From assembly GCA_965204375.1 (NCBI GenBank), contig OZ241986.1, positions 1,632,001-1,696,000 of the forward strand: DNA of 64,000 bases. Direction: 5' to 3'. Below the pieces are notes generated by a model. The model worked only from the letters and a program-made list of their open reading frames with translations, made no database searches and was not told the origin of the DNA. Below, piece by piece: positions 1 through 11,275 of the stretch (its first letter is position 1; the number at the start of each line of letters is the position of its first letter). Origin of the DNA: Candidatus Latescibacterota bacterium. Its GTDB lineage: Bacteria; Latescibacterota; UBA2968. The position numbers were made by a program, and so were the translations under genes.

Positions 1-1336
1 CCCATGTCATCAGCCCTTGCGTTCCCTTGATACCCGCCAGAAAGGCGCGGTCATCCATAAACGCGCCAAATCGGGGCGTGAAGCCACCGGGAAAGAGTTC
101 CTGGAATGTGAACCAATCCGAGTTGTCGAAAACGCGTTGTAAGGCTGCTGCATCCGGCTCATGGCAAAATATGCGTACGATGAACTCTTGGGGAATTCTA
201 AGACCAGTATCTTCGGAAGGTTCGAGAACCTGACTCAGATTGCCGGTGAGTAATGTCGCTGTCAGCGTTCCGTTTACGCCATCGACAATACCGAGTTCAG
301 CAGCTTTGTCCGGAGAATAATAATTGGTCCCGTCGAACATCAATACGGGGCCTCTAAATACGCCACCTCGCGTATTGGGATTTCGGAAGTAGAAACCACC
401 TTCAACTTCTTTGCTCGCATAGTTGCCATGTCCGTATATTTTAACATTGTCGTTGATGTTAATACCGTAGTTGACAAAGAGTTTCAGGTCGTCTCTAATG
501 TAGGGTTGACCCCAAATTTGTGCGGGATCTTCCACCCGGGTATTGCCCACGCGTATCAACCGCGCGGCATCGTCGCGTTGTACGGAACGATCGGTTTCAT
601 CCTCGTTGCCATATTCCGCACTGATGTTGACCCAGGCATCTGGGGTACCCAGACCGATATTGCCAGCGAAGGCATAGGCGAGACCATCGCCTTGCTGAAA
701 AATACCGGGTTTGACCTCAAAAGAACCGCCTTTATAATTGTCTTTAAGCTGGAAATTCAACACACCGGCAATGGCGTCAGAGCCGTACTGTGCTGAGGCG
801 CCATCGCGGAGGACTTCCACGCGCTTGATGGCAATAGAGGGGATAGGAGCTATGTCTGGTCCCTGTGCGCCATCGGCGACACCATTGGTTATCCAGTGAA
901 TAACGGCGGCGCGGTGGCGGCGCTTGTTATTGATGAGGACCAGCGTGTGGTCTGGAGCCAGACCCCGCATGCTGGGCGGACGCACAACGGTTGAGGCATC
1001 GCTAATCGGGTTCGTATTCACGTTGTATGAGGGCACCATATCTCTCAGAAGATTTTGTACATCCGTGTCGCCTTGCTTGACAAAATCTTCGCCCGTGACG
1101 ACATCGATGGGCACAGCAGACTCGGCGACAGAACGCGGTTGTGCGCGTGAACCAATAACCACCAATTCTTCGAGTATGACCACTTCTTCAAGTATGTCTG
1201 TAAGTGGGGGTAAGGCAGTTGTATCCGCGGTTTCTGTACGGGGCTTTTCCTCTTCCTGTGATATGGCAGAGCCACTCATTGCAAGCAGGGCGACGAGGCC
1301 AAGCGCGAGAGACTTAAAATGAAACTTGTGCAACAT
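1..1336 (-). CDS. TonB-dependent receptor (N-terminal part; runs off the left window edge)
   Basis: Manual translation from ATG 1336 after an AAGGAG RBS: signal peptide MLHKFHFKSLALGLVALLAMSGSA, then EELVVIGSR, SAVPIDVV, MRGLAPDHTLVLINNKRRH and RVEVLRDGASAQYGSDAIAGVLNF plug-domain motifs. Confidence 0.92.
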   Translation of the reverse strand, partial: MLHKFHFKSLALGLVALLAMSGSAISQEEEKPRTETADTTALPPLTDILEEVVILEELVVIGSRAQPRSVAESAVPIDVVTGEDFVKQGDTDVQNLLRDMVPSYNVNTNPISDASTVVRPPSMRGLAPDHTLVLINNKRRHRAAVIHWITNGVADGAQGPDIAPIPSIAIKRVEVLRDGASAQYGSDAIAGVLNFQLKDNYKGGSFEVKPGIFQQGDGLAYAFAGNIGLGTPDAWVNISAEYGNEDETDRSVQRDDAARLIRVGNTRVEDPAQIWGQPYIRDDLKLFVNYGININDNVKIYGHGNYASKEVEGGFYFRNPNTRGGVFRGPVLMFDGTNYYSPDKAAELGIVDGVNGTLTATLLTGNLSQVLEPSEDTGLRIPQEFIVRIFCHEPDAAALQRVFDNSDWFTFQELFPGGFTPRFGAFMDDRAFLAGIKGTQGLMTW

Positions 1337-1603
1337 AGCGAAACTCCTTTGCGTTGAAAACGAGGGAGAATGGCAGTTTTGGACTTTAAGCAGTCCAGCG
1401 GTCCTATTTGTATAAAAATAACCTTACTGATACAATTCGTCAACTTATATCTGCTATGTGTCAAAACCTGCCTGGGAGAATTTTAAGGTATCAAACAAAC
1501 GTATGTATCTGCTAATTTGCAATTAAGAGCTTATTTATTTATATTTCTGAATTCGTGTATTGAGGCGAAAGATCCACCAGATTCACCTGAAGGAGGTTGT
1601 GTT

Positions 1604-1765
1604 TTGAAGTCCAGTTACGTAAATAAAGATCTTGAGGAAACCAGACGTTTACTTACGCAGGTGAGGCAGGGGGGCAAGCGAAGCAAAAAGGCGCGTAAGA
1701 AATTAGAGGCCAAAGGCATCAGATATTATACATCTGAAGAAGCCGAAAGTCTCGGTATTGAATAA
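1604..1765 (+). CDS. small basic hypothetical protein
   Basis: AGGAGG at 1591-1596 before TTG 1604; followed by a hairpin and T-rich tract. Confidence 0.55.
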   Translation: MKSSYVNKDLEETRRLLTQVRQGGKRSKKARKKLEAKGIRYYTSEEAESLGIE

Positions 1766-1771
1766 AAAAGA

Positions 1772-1800
1772 AAGGCCTGCAAAAGCGGCCTTCTTTCTTT
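1772..1800 (+). terminator. possible intrinsic terminator
   Basis: AAGGCC...GGCCTT stem followed by CTTTCTTTT. Confidence 0.4.
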
Positions 1801-1802
1801 TT

Positions 1803-2408
1803 ATGAACTGCTCTGGAATCATCCTAACAGGTGGCGAAAGCAGGCGAATGGGGAAGCCCAAGTGCAGCTTGCCCTTTGGCGATGAAACCCTGCTTCAGCG
1901 AAGTGTCAGAAATCTGAGGGGCGTTGTTTGTCCCATTGCGGTCGTGGGTGCGCCCGGACAAAACTCGCCAGACATCCCCCATGTTTTATCTATATATGAT
2001 CCCGTTGCCAATCAAGGTCCGTTAATGGGACTCATGACAGGATTAAAACATGTTGAAGGCGTCTCTGAATGGGCATTGGGAACAGGTTGCGACATGCCAT
2101 TTATCAGTAACGAATTGATCCAATGCCTCAAATCGCACAGGACAACAGATTCAGAGATCGTCATTCCTTTCATAAATGAACATTTTTATCCTTTGTGCGC
2201 GCTTTATCGAACTGCTCTGTGGCGAAAGGCCAACACACTACTCGAAAAAGGGGAACGACGGCTTTTGACATTGGTTGATGTATGCCGCGTTCAGACCGTT
2301 GAACAAGACGCACTCGCACGGATTGACCCCAATCTTCGATTTCTGATGAATATCAATACGCCTCAATGTTATCAAAGTGCTCTTGAATTGGCTGGTTTGC
2401 GGCAGTGA
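1803..2408 (+). CDS. mobA: molybdenum cofactor guanylyltransferase
   Basis: ILTGGESRRMG-PK, QGPLMGL, GCDMPF, PLCALY, NINTP motifs. Confidence 0.9.
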   Translation: MNCSGIILTGGESRRMGKPKCSLPFGDETLLQRSVRNLRGVVCPIAVVGAPGQNSPDIPHVLSIYDPVANQGPLMGLMTGLKHVEGVSEWALGTGCDMPFISNELIQCLKSHRTTDSEIVIPFINEHFYPLCALYRTALWRKANTLLEKGERRLLTLVDVCRVQTVEQDALARIDPNLRFLMNINTPQCYQSALELAGLRQ

Positions 2409-2499
2409 GGTTAGGCGGATAGCTGACCGCTGTTGACGACATTCTTTTTTCGCTTATATTGCCGCGTATCCATTTACTCATCACCAAGGAGTTATCACA

Positions 2500-2802
2500 A
2501 TGGCTATTGAAGACAAAACCCTGCTGACCGAAGATGAGATTCGCGCAGAGGTTGCTGATCTCGAAGGGTGGAAATATTTGGAAGACACAAAAGAATTGCA
2601 ACGCGTTTGGCATTTTGAGAAATTTGTGCCGACTATGGCTTTTGTACGCAGGCTGACAGAGATTATGGATGAAAATAATCACCATTCGGATATCAGCCTC
2701 AACAGCCGAACAAAAACCCTCACAGTGACGGTGACGACCCACAGCGAAAATGCTGTTACCCGCGCAGATCTCGACTTTGCCGGAGCGGTAAATAGAGGGT
2801 AA
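2500..2802 (+). CDS. pterin-4-alpha-carbinolamine dehydratase family protein
   Basis: 100 aa; GW...LQRVWHF, NHHSDI, TTHS...VT-ADLDFA. Confidence 0.85.
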   Translation: MAIEDKTLLTEDEIRAEVADLEGWKYLEDTKELQRVWHFEKFVPTMAFVRRLTEIMDENNHHSDISLNSRTKTLTVTVTTHSENAVTRADLDFAGAVNRG

Positions 2803-2833
2803 AGTTCAGCAAAACAAGCAATTTGGAGGTGGG

Positions 2834-4186
2834 ATGAAGGTGAATGTCAATATTCAGCCTGGCGATCTAAAAGTCAGGCTGAATCGTTTTTTTCAACTGG
2901 CTGCACAGAAAATTCGCAGTATCGATTCGACGTGGGATCCAGGCCAGGGGACGCCGGTATTTACAGCAGGGGGCAAATACACCACGCGCGGGTGGACCGA
3001 ATGGACGCAGGGATTTCAATTTGGATGCGCCATTCTGGGATATGAAATTACGGGAGATAAAGACCTGCTACAGATTGGGCGCAAGGGCACGCTCGATCGC
3101 ATGGCGTCTCATGTGACGCATACAGGAGTACACGATCACGGTTTTAACAATGTATCGACCTATGGCAATTTGCGACGATTGATGCGAGAAGGTATAATTC
3201 CCGAAAATGAATGGGAGCAGCATTTTTATGAACTCGCGCTCAAAGCATCTGGCGCTGTTCAGGCTGCTCGCTGGACGACTATTGGCGATGGGAAAGGGTA
3301 TATTCATTCATTTAATGGACCACACTCCCTGTTTTCAGACACGATCAGGTCATGTCGCGCATTGGCTGTGGCACACGATCTCGGTCACGTTTTGATGGGG
3401 GAGAATGATCTCGCAATTTCGTTGCTCGAGCGCTTAATTCATCACGCCGAGACGACCGCGCAGTTCAATGTGTATTACGGCGAGGGGCGCGATCGATACG
3501 ATGTGCGGGGACGGGTTGTACACGAGTCCATTTTTAATGTCAACGACGGCAATTACCGCTGCCCGAGTACGCAGCAGGGTTATTCACCGTTTTCGACGTG
3601 GACCCGGGGATTGGCCTGGATCGTGACGGGCTATGCCGAATTGCTCGAATATGTAGAGCACCTGTCAGATGACGCGCTCGATTTTTATGGTGGTAGGGAT
3701 GCGATCAATGGCTGGATGCTCAAGGCGGCCTGTGCAACGGCAGATTATTATATCGACAGTATCACATCTACCGATGGTATTCCGTTATGGGATGCGGGTG
3801 CGCCGGGCTTGGTTGAGGGTTATGGCGATAAAATATCGGATCCTTATAATACAAGCGAACCCGTAGATAGTTCTGCTGCTGCCATTGCAGCGCAAGGGCT
3901 TTACCGTTTGGGCAAATATATGGACGATGCGCGTTACCGGCAGGCTGCATTAACCGTGGCCCATACGTTATTTGATGCGCCCTATTTGTCCGAGGCCGAG
4001 GAGCACCAGGGTCTTATTCTCCATTCTATTTATCACAATCCCAATGGGTGGGACTATGTGCCCAGTGGGCAAAAAGTCGCCTGCGGCGAGTCTTCGATGT
4101 GGGGAGATTATCACGCGATGGAATTGGCTGTTTTGCTCCAGCGGGAGATGGATAACGCGCCGTATCTGACGTTTTTTGATCAATGA
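2834..4186 (+). CDS. glycoside hydrolase family 88 (unsaturated glucuronyl hydrolase-like)
   Basis: WTEWTQGF, HDHGF, TQQGY...STWTRGLAW, DSSAAAIAA, WGDY motifs. Confidence 0.85.
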   Translation: MKVNVNIQPGDLKVRLNRFFQLAAQKIRSIDSTWDPGQGTPVFTAGGKYTTRGWTEWTQGFQFGCAILGYEITGDKDLLQIGRKGTLDRMASHVTHTGVHDHGFNNVSTYGNLRRLMREGIIPENEWEQHFYELALKASGAVQAARWTTIGDGKGYIHSFNGPHSLFSDTIRSCRALAVAHDLGHVLMGENDLAISLLERLIHHAETTAQFNVYYGEGRDRYDVRGRVVHESIFNVNDGNYRCPSTQQGYSPFSTWTRGLAWIVTGYAELLEYVEHLSDDALDFYGGRDAINGWMLKAACATADYYIDSITSTDGIPLWDAGAPGLVEGYGDKISDPYNTSEPVDSSAAAIAAQGLYRLGKYMDDARYRQAALTVAHTLFDAPYLSEAEEHQGLILHSIYHNPNGWDYVPSGQKVACGESSMWGDYHAMELAVLLQREMDNAPYLTFFDQ

Positions 4187-4962
4187 ATAAAGTCATTGCC
4201 TTGATAATCGGCCTCTTATTCGCTGGATTCGCGTCTCAAAGTGGAGCCGAGACATTTGATTATGCACCGCTCAACCGCACGCTCGGTCGCGTTGTAAATG
4301 CACAGGGGCGCGTGGATTACGAGGCCGTAAAAACAGATGCGGATTTGCAGGCTTTTGTAGATCAACTCGCGCAGATCAGTCCCGATACGCATCCCGAGTT
4401 TTTTCCCAGCCGCGCAGACAGCCTTGCCTTTTGGATCAATGCGTACAACGCCTGTGTACTTGCAGGGGTCTCAAAAGCCTATCCCATTTCTTCTGTCACA
4501 GAAATCGCGCCTGCTTTTGGCTTTTTTAAAATATATCGATTTGTCGTTGGCGAGCGTCGGCTCACATTGGACCAAATCGAGCACGAGATTATTCGCAAGC
4601 AGTTTGCCGATCCGCGCATTCACGCAGCAATCAATTGCGCGGCAGTGAGTTGTCCGCGTTTGCTAAACGAAGCATTTATACCCGATAAATTGGATGATCA
4701 GCTCAATTCGGTTATGCAAGATATGATTCGCAGCCCAATGCACGTTCAGATCCATCGAGAGACGAGGGTTGTGAGTCTATCTGCGATTTTTAATTGGTTT
4801 TCCTCTGATTTTACGTCTTATGTGCAAGCGCATGAGGCAGGTGAGACTGTGTTGGATTATGTCGCCCTTTTTTTGTCGCAAAACGATATCCTGTATTTTA
4901 AAAATCACCCCGATCTTCAAATTGTGTTTTTAGATTACGATTGGTCTTTGAATAATCAGTGA
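4183..4962 (+). CDS. DUF547 domain secreted protein
   Basis: Signal peptide; VDY, AFWINAYNA, DPRIHAAINCAAVSCP, YDWSLN. Confidence 0.9.
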   Translation: MNKVIALIIGLLFAGFASQSGAETFDYAPLNRTLGRVVNAQGRVDYEAVKTDADLQAFVDQLAQISPDTHPEFFPSRADSLAFWINAYNACVLAGVSKAYPISSVTEIAPAFGFFKIYRFVVGERRLTLDQIEHEIIRKQFADPRIHAAINCAAVSCPRLLNEAFIPDKLDDQLNSVMQDMIRSPMHVQIHRETRVVSLSAIFNWFSSDFTSYVQAHEAGETVLDYVALFLSQNDILYFKNHPDLQIVFLDYDWSLNNQ

Positions 4963-6662
4963 AAATGAGTATCTCAGATATACAAGTATCTTTGGGCGCG
5001 TTTCAGTCAGCAGTTGATCGCGCTTTGAAAACATGGTCGAAAAATGGCAATACAGCGCGGCTGTGGCGCGGCGATGCCACACTCTGGTCGGGGACGGATG
5101 AGTCCAATTGGTTGGGATGGCTTAATATCGCACCTCAAATACGCGATCGTGCAGACGCCCTATGCGCTTTTACACAGCAGGTGCGCGATAGGGGAATAAC
5201 GGATATCCTGCTTTTGGGAATGGGCGGTAGCAGTTTGTGCCCCGAAGTGCTGGCGATGACTTTTGGCTGTCGGGAGGGTTGGCCCAGGTTGCTTGTGCTG
5301 GACTCTACGGTTCCCGCGCAGGTGCAGCGGTTCGCCGATGCTGTAAATTTAGAAACGTCCCTTTGCGTTGTCGCCAGCAAATCTGGAACCACAACCGAAC
5401 CCCACGCATTTTGCGAGTTCTTCTGGAAAAAAATGCAGGGAGCAATTGGGGATGCGGCGAGGCAGCACTTTATCGCCATTACAGATCCTGGCTCTGACCT
5501 GGAAGCGCTTGCCAGAGAGCGAAATTTTCTGTCTGTTTTCTATGGTTTGCCAGAGATTGGCGGCAGGTTTTCAGCGCTTTCAAATTTTGGGATGGTGCCC
5601 GCAGCATTGATCGGCATCGATGTGCGAGAATTTTTAGAACGCGCAGTGGCGATGGGAAATCGATGCAAGGCATTGGACGAGCAGAATCCCGGTCTCTTGT
5701 TGGGCCTTATTCTGGGTGAGTTGGCAAAAGCAGGGCGAGACAAAGTGACGCTTGTAACCTCTCCCAAACTGTGGGATTTGGGTGCGTGGCTGGAGCAACT
5801 TTTAGCCGAAAGTACTGGGAAAAATGGTCGGGGTCTCATACCTGTTGATTTAGAAGAGATTGCCACGCCCGATATGTACGGTGAAGATAGGATCTTTGTC
5901 TATATCCGACTAAAAGACGAGGCAGACCCTGAACAGGATGCAAGTATAGAAAATCTGCGTGCGGCTGATTTCCCAGTTATTCAGATTGATATGGCAGATC
6001 TATTAGACCTGGGGGCAGAATTTTTCCGGTGGGAATACGCAACCGCGGTCGCTGGCGCGGTTTTGAATATCAATCCCTTTGACCAACCCAATGTACAGGA
6101 GAGCAAAGATTTTACGGCGGAATTGACGCAGGCTTATGAAAAAGAGGGAACATTACCGGCTCAAACGCCGTTTTTTATTGATGAGGATGTCCTGGTTTAC
6201 GCCGATGTAGCCAACTCGCAGGCGTTGGGAAAAATTGAATATCTCGATAGTTGTATTGCTGGACTGCTCAATCAGATTCGGGCGGGCGATTATGTCGCTT
6301 TGTGCGCTTATCTCGACATGAATGAAGATAATATCACCGCTTTACAGGCTCTGAGACATCGGATACGCAATGTATATCGAGTAGCTACCACATTAGGATT
6401 TGGTCCGCGGTTCTTGCATTCTACAGGGCAATTGCACAAGGGGGGACCGAACCAGGTGGTAGTTGTGCAACTGACAAGCGAAGATGCAGTAGATGTGGAT
6501 ATTCCAGGGCGAGCGTTCTCTTTCGGCGTGCTCAAGCAAGCACAGGCTCTGGGCGATGCCCACGCTCTTTCGAGTCGAAAAAGACGGGCGATTCGCATTC
6601 ATTTTAAAAAAGATATAATTGCTGGCATACATCGGGTGAAGCAAGCGGTTAGAGAGGATTGA
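4959..6662 (+). CDS. pgi: glucose-6-phosphate isomerase (like the PGI half of Tal/Pgi fusions)
   Basis: LGMGGSSL, ASKSGTT-E, ITDPGS, IGGRFSALS, QLLAESTGK, NPFDQPNV, GPRFLHSTGQLHKGGP. Confidence 0.85.
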   Translation: MKMSISDIQVSLGAFQSAVDRALKTWSKNGNTARLWRGDATLWSGTDESNWLGWLNIAPQIRDRADALCAFTQQVRDRGITDILLLGMGGSSLCPEVLAMTFGCREGWPRLLVLDSTVPAQVQRFADAVNLETSLCVVASKSGTTTEPHAFCEFFWKKMQGAIGDAARQHFIAITDPGSDLEALARERNFLSVFYGLPEIGGRFSALSNFGMVPAALIGIDVREFLERAVAMGNRCKALDEQNPGLLLGLILGELAKAGRDKVTLVTSPKLWDLGAWLEQLLAESTGKNGRGLIPVDLEEIATPDMYGEDRIFVYIRLKDEADPEQDASIENLRAADFPVIQIDMADLLDLGAEFFRWEYATAVAGAVLNINPFDQPNVQESKDFTAELTQAYEKEGTLPAQTPFFIDEDVLVYADVANSQALGKIEYLDSCIAGLLNQIRAGDYVALCAYLDMNEDNITALQALRHRIRNVYRVATTLGFGPRFLHSTGQLHKGGPNQVVVVQLTSEDAVDVDIPGRAFSFGVLKQAQALGDAHALSSRKRRAIRIHFKKDIIAGIHRVKQAVRED

Positions 6663-7663
6663 ATATGGCACTGGCAGCAATGGATTTGATGCAAATTGTG
6701 GGCGACGATCACAAGACCGATTTTGCGAGCAAACTTCGCGCTGAACAACTGGAACTCACGCGCAATCGATTGGATATTTTGCAGGTCAATGTCGGCAAGT
6801 TGTGCAATCAAGCCTGTCACCACTGTCATGTAGATGCCAGTCCGATCCGCACAGAGATTATGACCCGAGAAACCATTGACCGTATTCTATCATTTCTCGA
6901 AACATCCGATATTCAGACGGTTGACATAACGGGTGGCGCACCTGAGTTAATTCCAGATTTTCGCTATTTTGTCGCACAAATACGCGAGCAGAGCCGTCGC
7001 GTGATGGTGCGCTGCAATTTAACCGTGATCTTTGAACCCGGACAAGAAGACTTACCTGAGTTTTATCGCGAGCACGAAGTTGAATTGGTGTGTTCGCTGC
7101 CGTGTTATCTCGAAGAAAATGTGGATGAACAACGCGGGCGCGGTGTCTTCACGAAAAGCATACGGGCATTGCAGATTCTCAATGAAATTGGATACGGACG
7201 CCCCGACACGGGGTTGGAACTCCACCTGGTCTATAATCCCGTTGGCGCGTCTTTACCCCCTCCTCAGGTTGAACTCGAAGCCGATTATAAGGAAGAACTA
7301 AAAGCCCGTTACAATATTGATTTTAATAAGCTCTACACCATTACCAATATGCCCATTAGTCGGTTTGAAGAATTTCTAAAACGCCGGGGCATATACGACA
7401 GCTATATGCAGACTTTACAGGATAATTTTAATCCACATACGATCGCTAATTTGATGTGTCGCTCTCTAATTAGCGTTGGATGGCAGGGTGAGGTTTACGA
7501 TTGTGACTTTAATCAAATGCTCGATATGTATTCTTTTGGGCGCGAAGTCAAACTCTGGGAACTGACCGTTGAAGACCTGATCGGATGCAATGTGCGGGTG
7601 CGAGACCACTGCTTTGGATGCACTGCGGGTGCGGGAAGCAGTTGTGGGGGAGAGCTTGTTTAG
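6659..7663 (+). CDS. arsS: ArsS-family radical SAM protein (DUF3641 C-terminus)
   Basis: LQVNVGKLCNQACHHCHV (CxxxCxxC), DITGGAPE, YDCDFNQML, HCFGCTAGAGSSCGG. Confidence 0.9.
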   Translation: MNMALAAMDLMQIVGDDHKTDFASKLRAEQLELTRNRLDILQVNVGKLCNQACHHCHVDASPIRTEIMTRETIDRILSFLETSDIQTVDITGGAPELIPDFRYFVAQIREQSRRVMVRCNLTVIFEPGQEDLPEFYREHEVELVCSLPCYLEENVDEQRGRGVFTKSIRALQILNEIGYGRPDTGLELHLVYNPVGASLPPPQVELEADYKEELKARYNIDFNKLYTITNMPISRFEEFLKRRGIYDSYMQTLQDNFNPHTIANLMCRSLISVGWQGEVYDCDFNQMLDMYSFGREVKLWELTVEDLIGCNVRVRDHCFGCTAGAGSSCGGELV

Positions 7664-7673
7664 AAGTGTAATC

Positions 7674-7702
7674 CGCAGATGACGCAGATGAAACGCAGAT
7701 GA
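7674..7702. repeat. three CGCAGATGA direct repeats between convergent genes
   Basis: ccgcagatga cgcagatga aa cgcagatga read directly. Confidence 0.75.
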
Positions 7703-7721
7703 AACTCAATCGCTGCAAGAG

Positions 7722-7744
7722 GGCACCGAGATAGGTGCCTTTTT
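7722..7744 (+). terminator. intrinsic terminator after arsS
   Basis: GGCACC-GAGATA-GGTGCC followed by TTTTT. Confidence 0.7.
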
Positions 7745-10031
7745 ATTTTATGTTTAGTGCTATAGTCTGTGGTGGCAGGCATCGCGTGCTGTCGCATGCT
7801 TGATATGTGAGTAATAGCGAGAGGGTTTGTGGTCGGGTTTTGAATGATAGAGTGAGGAGTACATTGAGACTGTCTGCATAAACGGCAATGGCGCGCTCGG
7901 CAAAGGGAAACAGTAAGTCCTTGGCTGGAGGATAGTCGATTTGGGTGATTTCGGCAATGTCCGTGTCCAGTGAGAGGCGTGTAGGGATCAAATAATCGTC
8001 GGTGGGATTGGATGCTTGAATATGCCAGCCCGAAGTGATATTCAGGCGTACGTTCACTTTGAGGATATTCGCGCTATCAGAGGGCAAGGCTGTCGCGGAC
8101 GCAGTGACGAGACTATCGGGTGTAAGCGTTGCGATGGGAGAGGATGTCATCATTGTGCCGTGAATAAAGTGCAGGAGCGCGCCCGGCGTATTTTCTGCAA
8201 GGGGAGCAAAGCTGTTGGTGAGCGCGAGCGCGCGTTGGGCATACAGGGGGTTTTGTGTCAATGTCCGAAGTTCCCACAAAACGTGCAGGGCAACGGCATT
8301 GCCAGAAGGCAGGGCACTATCGTAAAAACTCTTGGTACGCACAATCATTTCATTTTGACTCTGCGTGAGAAAATATCCGCCATCTATCGTATCCCAAAAT
8401 GCGGTGTGCATCCGTTCTGAAAGCGATAGCGCGTCCTGGAGGTAGCGGGCAGAACGCGTTGCGCGATAGAGGTGGAGGAGGCCGTCGATTAAAAAGGCGT
8501 AATCTTCCTGATAGGCTTCTCCTTTGCGCTGTCCTTCGCGGTAGATGCGATACAGACCGCCATTTGCATTGCGGAGATTGTTGTGGATAAAATCGGCCGC
8601 CTTTTGTGCGACCTTCAAGTATTCGGAATGACCGAGGACTTCATAGGCACGGGCATACGCGCCGATCATGAGACCATTCCACGCTGTGATAATTTTATCG
8701 TCGAGGAGGGGGCGGGTACGTTGGCTGCGAGTGTTCAGAAGTTTTTCTTTTAGTGGGGATAGGCGCGTGCACAGAGTTGTGGCGTCGATTTGATGGCGGA
8801 CTGATAGCGCGCTGTCTGTATCGGTTTTATATATGACGCCGGTCGATCCTTCGGGCATGGGCGCGAGTCCATAACACGAGAGAAAGAAGTCGGCATCTTT
8901 CTTCAGGGTCTGGCGAATATTTTGTTCTGTCCAGGTATAATACGCGCCTTCTTCTGCTTCGGTTTCTGCGTCGAGAGCAGAGTAAAATCCGCCTTTGGAG
9001 TCTGTCATCTCTCGTGAAACAAAGCCCAGAATTTCCTCTGCTGCAAGGCGATAGGCCATTTTATTGGTGATCTGATAAGCGCGAAGAAAATTGTGGGTGA
9101 GGAGTGCCTGATTGTAGAGCATTTTTTCAAAGTGCGGTACGCGCCATTGTGCATCTGTCGCATAGCGATGAAAACCACCTCCGAGGTGATCGCGGATGCC
9201 GCCCAGTGCCATGTGATGCAGTGTTTGCTCGACTATGGCGAGGTACTTTGCCTGGGGATCTTGTCGATAGGCTGTCAGCAACAGGTTGAGCGCGTGATCG
9301 GGTGGAAATTTCGGGGCTGTGCCCAGGCCGCCGTTGATGGAATCAAATCGCTTTTCTATGTGGTCAATCGCCTTGTCAATCAGGTCTCTTTCCGATTTCT
9401 CTGAAACGGCGCGTGTCGTGTGAATGCGCGCGATAGATTGCGATATCTGATCGGCCTGTTTTTCGAGTTCCTGTCTCTTTTCCTGCCAGGCTACATGCAG
9501 TGCCTGAATCACGCGCGGAAATCCCGGACGCCCATGTGAATCTTCGGGGGGAAAGTAAGTACCGGCAAAAAAGGGTTTGAGATCTGGGGTGAGAAAAACA
9601 GAATTGGGCCATCCGCCGTGCCCGGTCATGAGCTGGGTAGCCGTCATGTAAATTTTGTCGATGTCAGGACGTTCTTCTCGGTCAACCTTGATGTTGACAA
9701 AAAACTGATTCATTAAGTGGGCAATATCCGGATCTGCAAAGACCAGCCTTTCCATGACATGGCACCAGTAACAACTCGAATATCCCACGGATAGAAAGAT
9801 CGGTTTGTCCTCGCGGCGCGCTTTTGCAAGTGCTTCTTCTCCCCAGGGATACCAGTCCACGGGATTGTGTGCATGAAGGCGCAAATACGGGCTTAGTTCC
9901 TGGCTGAGGCGATTTTGATGCGTGGGGGAGGGGGTAGAAGGATTTTTAGAAGAATAAACACCCCACCAATACCCCGCAGCAATGGCGAGGAGAATGATGG
10001 GGATGAATAGGAGACGTTTGGCGATTGCCAT
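7743..10031 (-). CDS. YyaL/SSP411-type thioredoxin + (alpha/alpha)6 protein with C-terminal DsbD-N-like domain
   Basis: [43 protein letters not shown]; C-terminal GWHI...YQAC...CLPP; N-terminal TM segment. Confidence 0.9.
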   Translation of the reverse strand: MAIAKRLLFIPIILLAIAAGYWWGVYSSKNPSTPSPTHQNRLSQELSPYLRLHAHNPVDWYPWGEEALAKARREDKPIFLSVGYSSCYWCHVMERLVFADPDIAHLMNQFFVNIKVDREERPDIDKIYMTATQLMTGHGGWPNSVFLTPDLKPFFAGTYFPPEDSHGRPGFPRVIQALHVAWQEKRQELEKQADQISQSIARIHTTRAVSEKSERDLIDKAIDHIEKRFDSINGGLGTAPKFPPDHALNLLLTAYRQDPQAKYLAIVEQTLHHMALGGIRDHLGGGFHRYATDAQWRVPHFEKMLYNQALLTHNFLRAYQITNKMAYRLAAEEILGFVSREMTDSKGGFYSALDAETEAEEGAYYTWTEQNIRQTLKKDADFFLSCYGLAPMPEGSTGVIYKTDTDSALSVRHQIDATTLCTRLSPLKEKLLNTRSQRTRPLLDDKIITAWNGLMIGAYARAYEVLGHSEYLKVAQKAADFIHNNLRNANGGLYRIYREGQRKGEAYQEDYAFLIDGLLHLYRATRSARYLQDALSLSERMHTAFWDTIDGGYFLTQSQNEMIVRTKSFYDSALPSGNAVALHVLWELRTLTQNPLYAQRALALTNSFAPLAENTPGALLHFIHGTMMTSSPIATLTPDSLVTASATALPSDSANILKVNVRLNITSGWHIQASNPTDDYLIPTRLSLDTDIAEITQIDYPPAKDLLFPFAERAIAVYADSLNVLLTLSFKTRPQTLSLLLTYQACDSTRCLPPQTIALNIK

Positions 10032-10042
10032 GTCATCAGGCC

Positions 10043-11275
10043 TCAAGCTGCAAACGCGCGTTTGATTCTGGCGACAGCTATTAAAATATCGTCCATATCG
10101 TCCCGTTCGCCCAGCAACATGTTTTGCAAGAACCAGATACTGGAGGCGCATATTGCTTCCACCTGGGGACACGGCAAACGGCGAATCAGATGTGGATGTC
10201 GATCCATCACGGTTTTGAGACCGCCTTCATCGGTTAAGGGCCGCTGATAACCAGGTGTGCAGGGAATGCCTTCGGCCTGCAAGGCCGCGATAAATTCATC
10301 GCGTGTTTTCCCTCCAAATGCTTCGCTGTCGTAGCGCATCATATACAGGTGATAGCCGTGCTGCGTGACCCAGGGATGCCATCGCGGTGGTTCTAATCCG
10401 CCAATTTCGTCTAGGCCCTTGCTGAGATAAGCCGCATTTTTATTGCGTAAATCGATTTGTGGTTCGAGTTTGGACAGTCGTTTTAATAAAATGCCTGCCA
10501 GATACTCAGAAGTGCGATAATTCCACCCCAGGCGGGGATATTCCCATCGCTCACCCTCAGGGCGTCTGCCCACATCGCGAAATGCCCATGCCCGGTCTCT
10601 GAGATCTCGATCATTGGTGAGAAGACACCCACCTTCACCCGAAGTCAAGTTTTTGCTCGACTGAAAGCTGAATGCGCCCACATGGCCCAAAGAACCCACT
10701 TTGCGGCCTTTGTGCTCGGCTCCGTGCGCCTGAGCGCAGTCTTCGATGACTTTGAGGTTGTGCTTACTGGCAATGTCATTGAGTGCATCCATGTCTGCCG
10801 GGTGCCCCCCCAGGTGAACGGGAAGGAGCGCAACGGTCTGATCTGTGATGGCGGCTTCGGTGGCTTCGGGCGACATGGTAAAACTCACCGGATCAATATC
10901 GACCAGAGCCAGAGAGCACCGCACCGAGAGGGGCGCGCTTGCAGTGGCAATAAAAGTGTAATTGGGAATGATGACTTCGCCGCCATCGACGAGGCCATCG
11001 AGGTCGAGCGCGGCGGATAATCCAGCCGCAATAGATGTGGTTCCGCTGGGCATCATCACGCCATAAGCCGCATCGCAATAGGCGGCAAATGCCTGACCAA
11101 AGCGGTGCCCCACAGGTGCGGGAAGTCCTTCGGTTTGATCGAGATAGACTTCTTTGAGGATGGGGGCGATTTCTTCTTCCCATTCCCGTTCTGTGTTATC
11201 CGGCCAGGTCGGCCACTGCGACGCTTCGGCATCGCGCACGGGAACACCACCATCTATTGCGAGTGTTTCTGACAT
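10043..11275 (-). CDS. DegT/DnrJ/EryC1/StrS PLP-dependent aminotransferase
   Basis: [38 protein letters not shown]. Confidence 0.92.
   Translation of the reverse strand: MSETLAIDGGVPVRDAEASQWPTWPDNTEREWEEEIAPILKEVYLDQTEGLPAPVGHRFGQAFAAYCDAAYGVMMPSGTTSIAAGLSAALDLDGLVDGGEVIIPNYTFIATASAPLSVRCSLALVDIDPVSFTMSPEATEAAITDQTVALLPVHLGGHPADMDALNDIASKHNLKVIEDCAQAHGAEHKGRKVGSLGHVGAFSFQSSKNLTSGEGGCLLTNDRDLRDRAWAFRDVGRRPEGERWEYPRLGWNYRTSEYLAGILLKRLSKLEPQIDLRNKNAAYLSKGLDEIGGLEPPRWHPWVTQHGYHLYMMRYDSEAFGGKTRDEFIAALQAEGIPCTPGYQRPLTDEGGLKTVMDRHPHLIRRLPCPQVEAICASSIWFLQNMLLGERDDMDDILIAVARIKRAFAA

Noticed and set aside
27-1322. Plus-strand ORFs over the TonB receptor, and similar antisense ORFs throughout the track
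   Set aside because: Shadow frames of well-supported genes on the opposite strand or in another frame
1337-1600. Riboswitch upstream of the TonB-dependent receptor
   Set aside because: No cobalamin, TPP or Moco consensus recognisable by eye; an Infernal/Rfam scan would be needed
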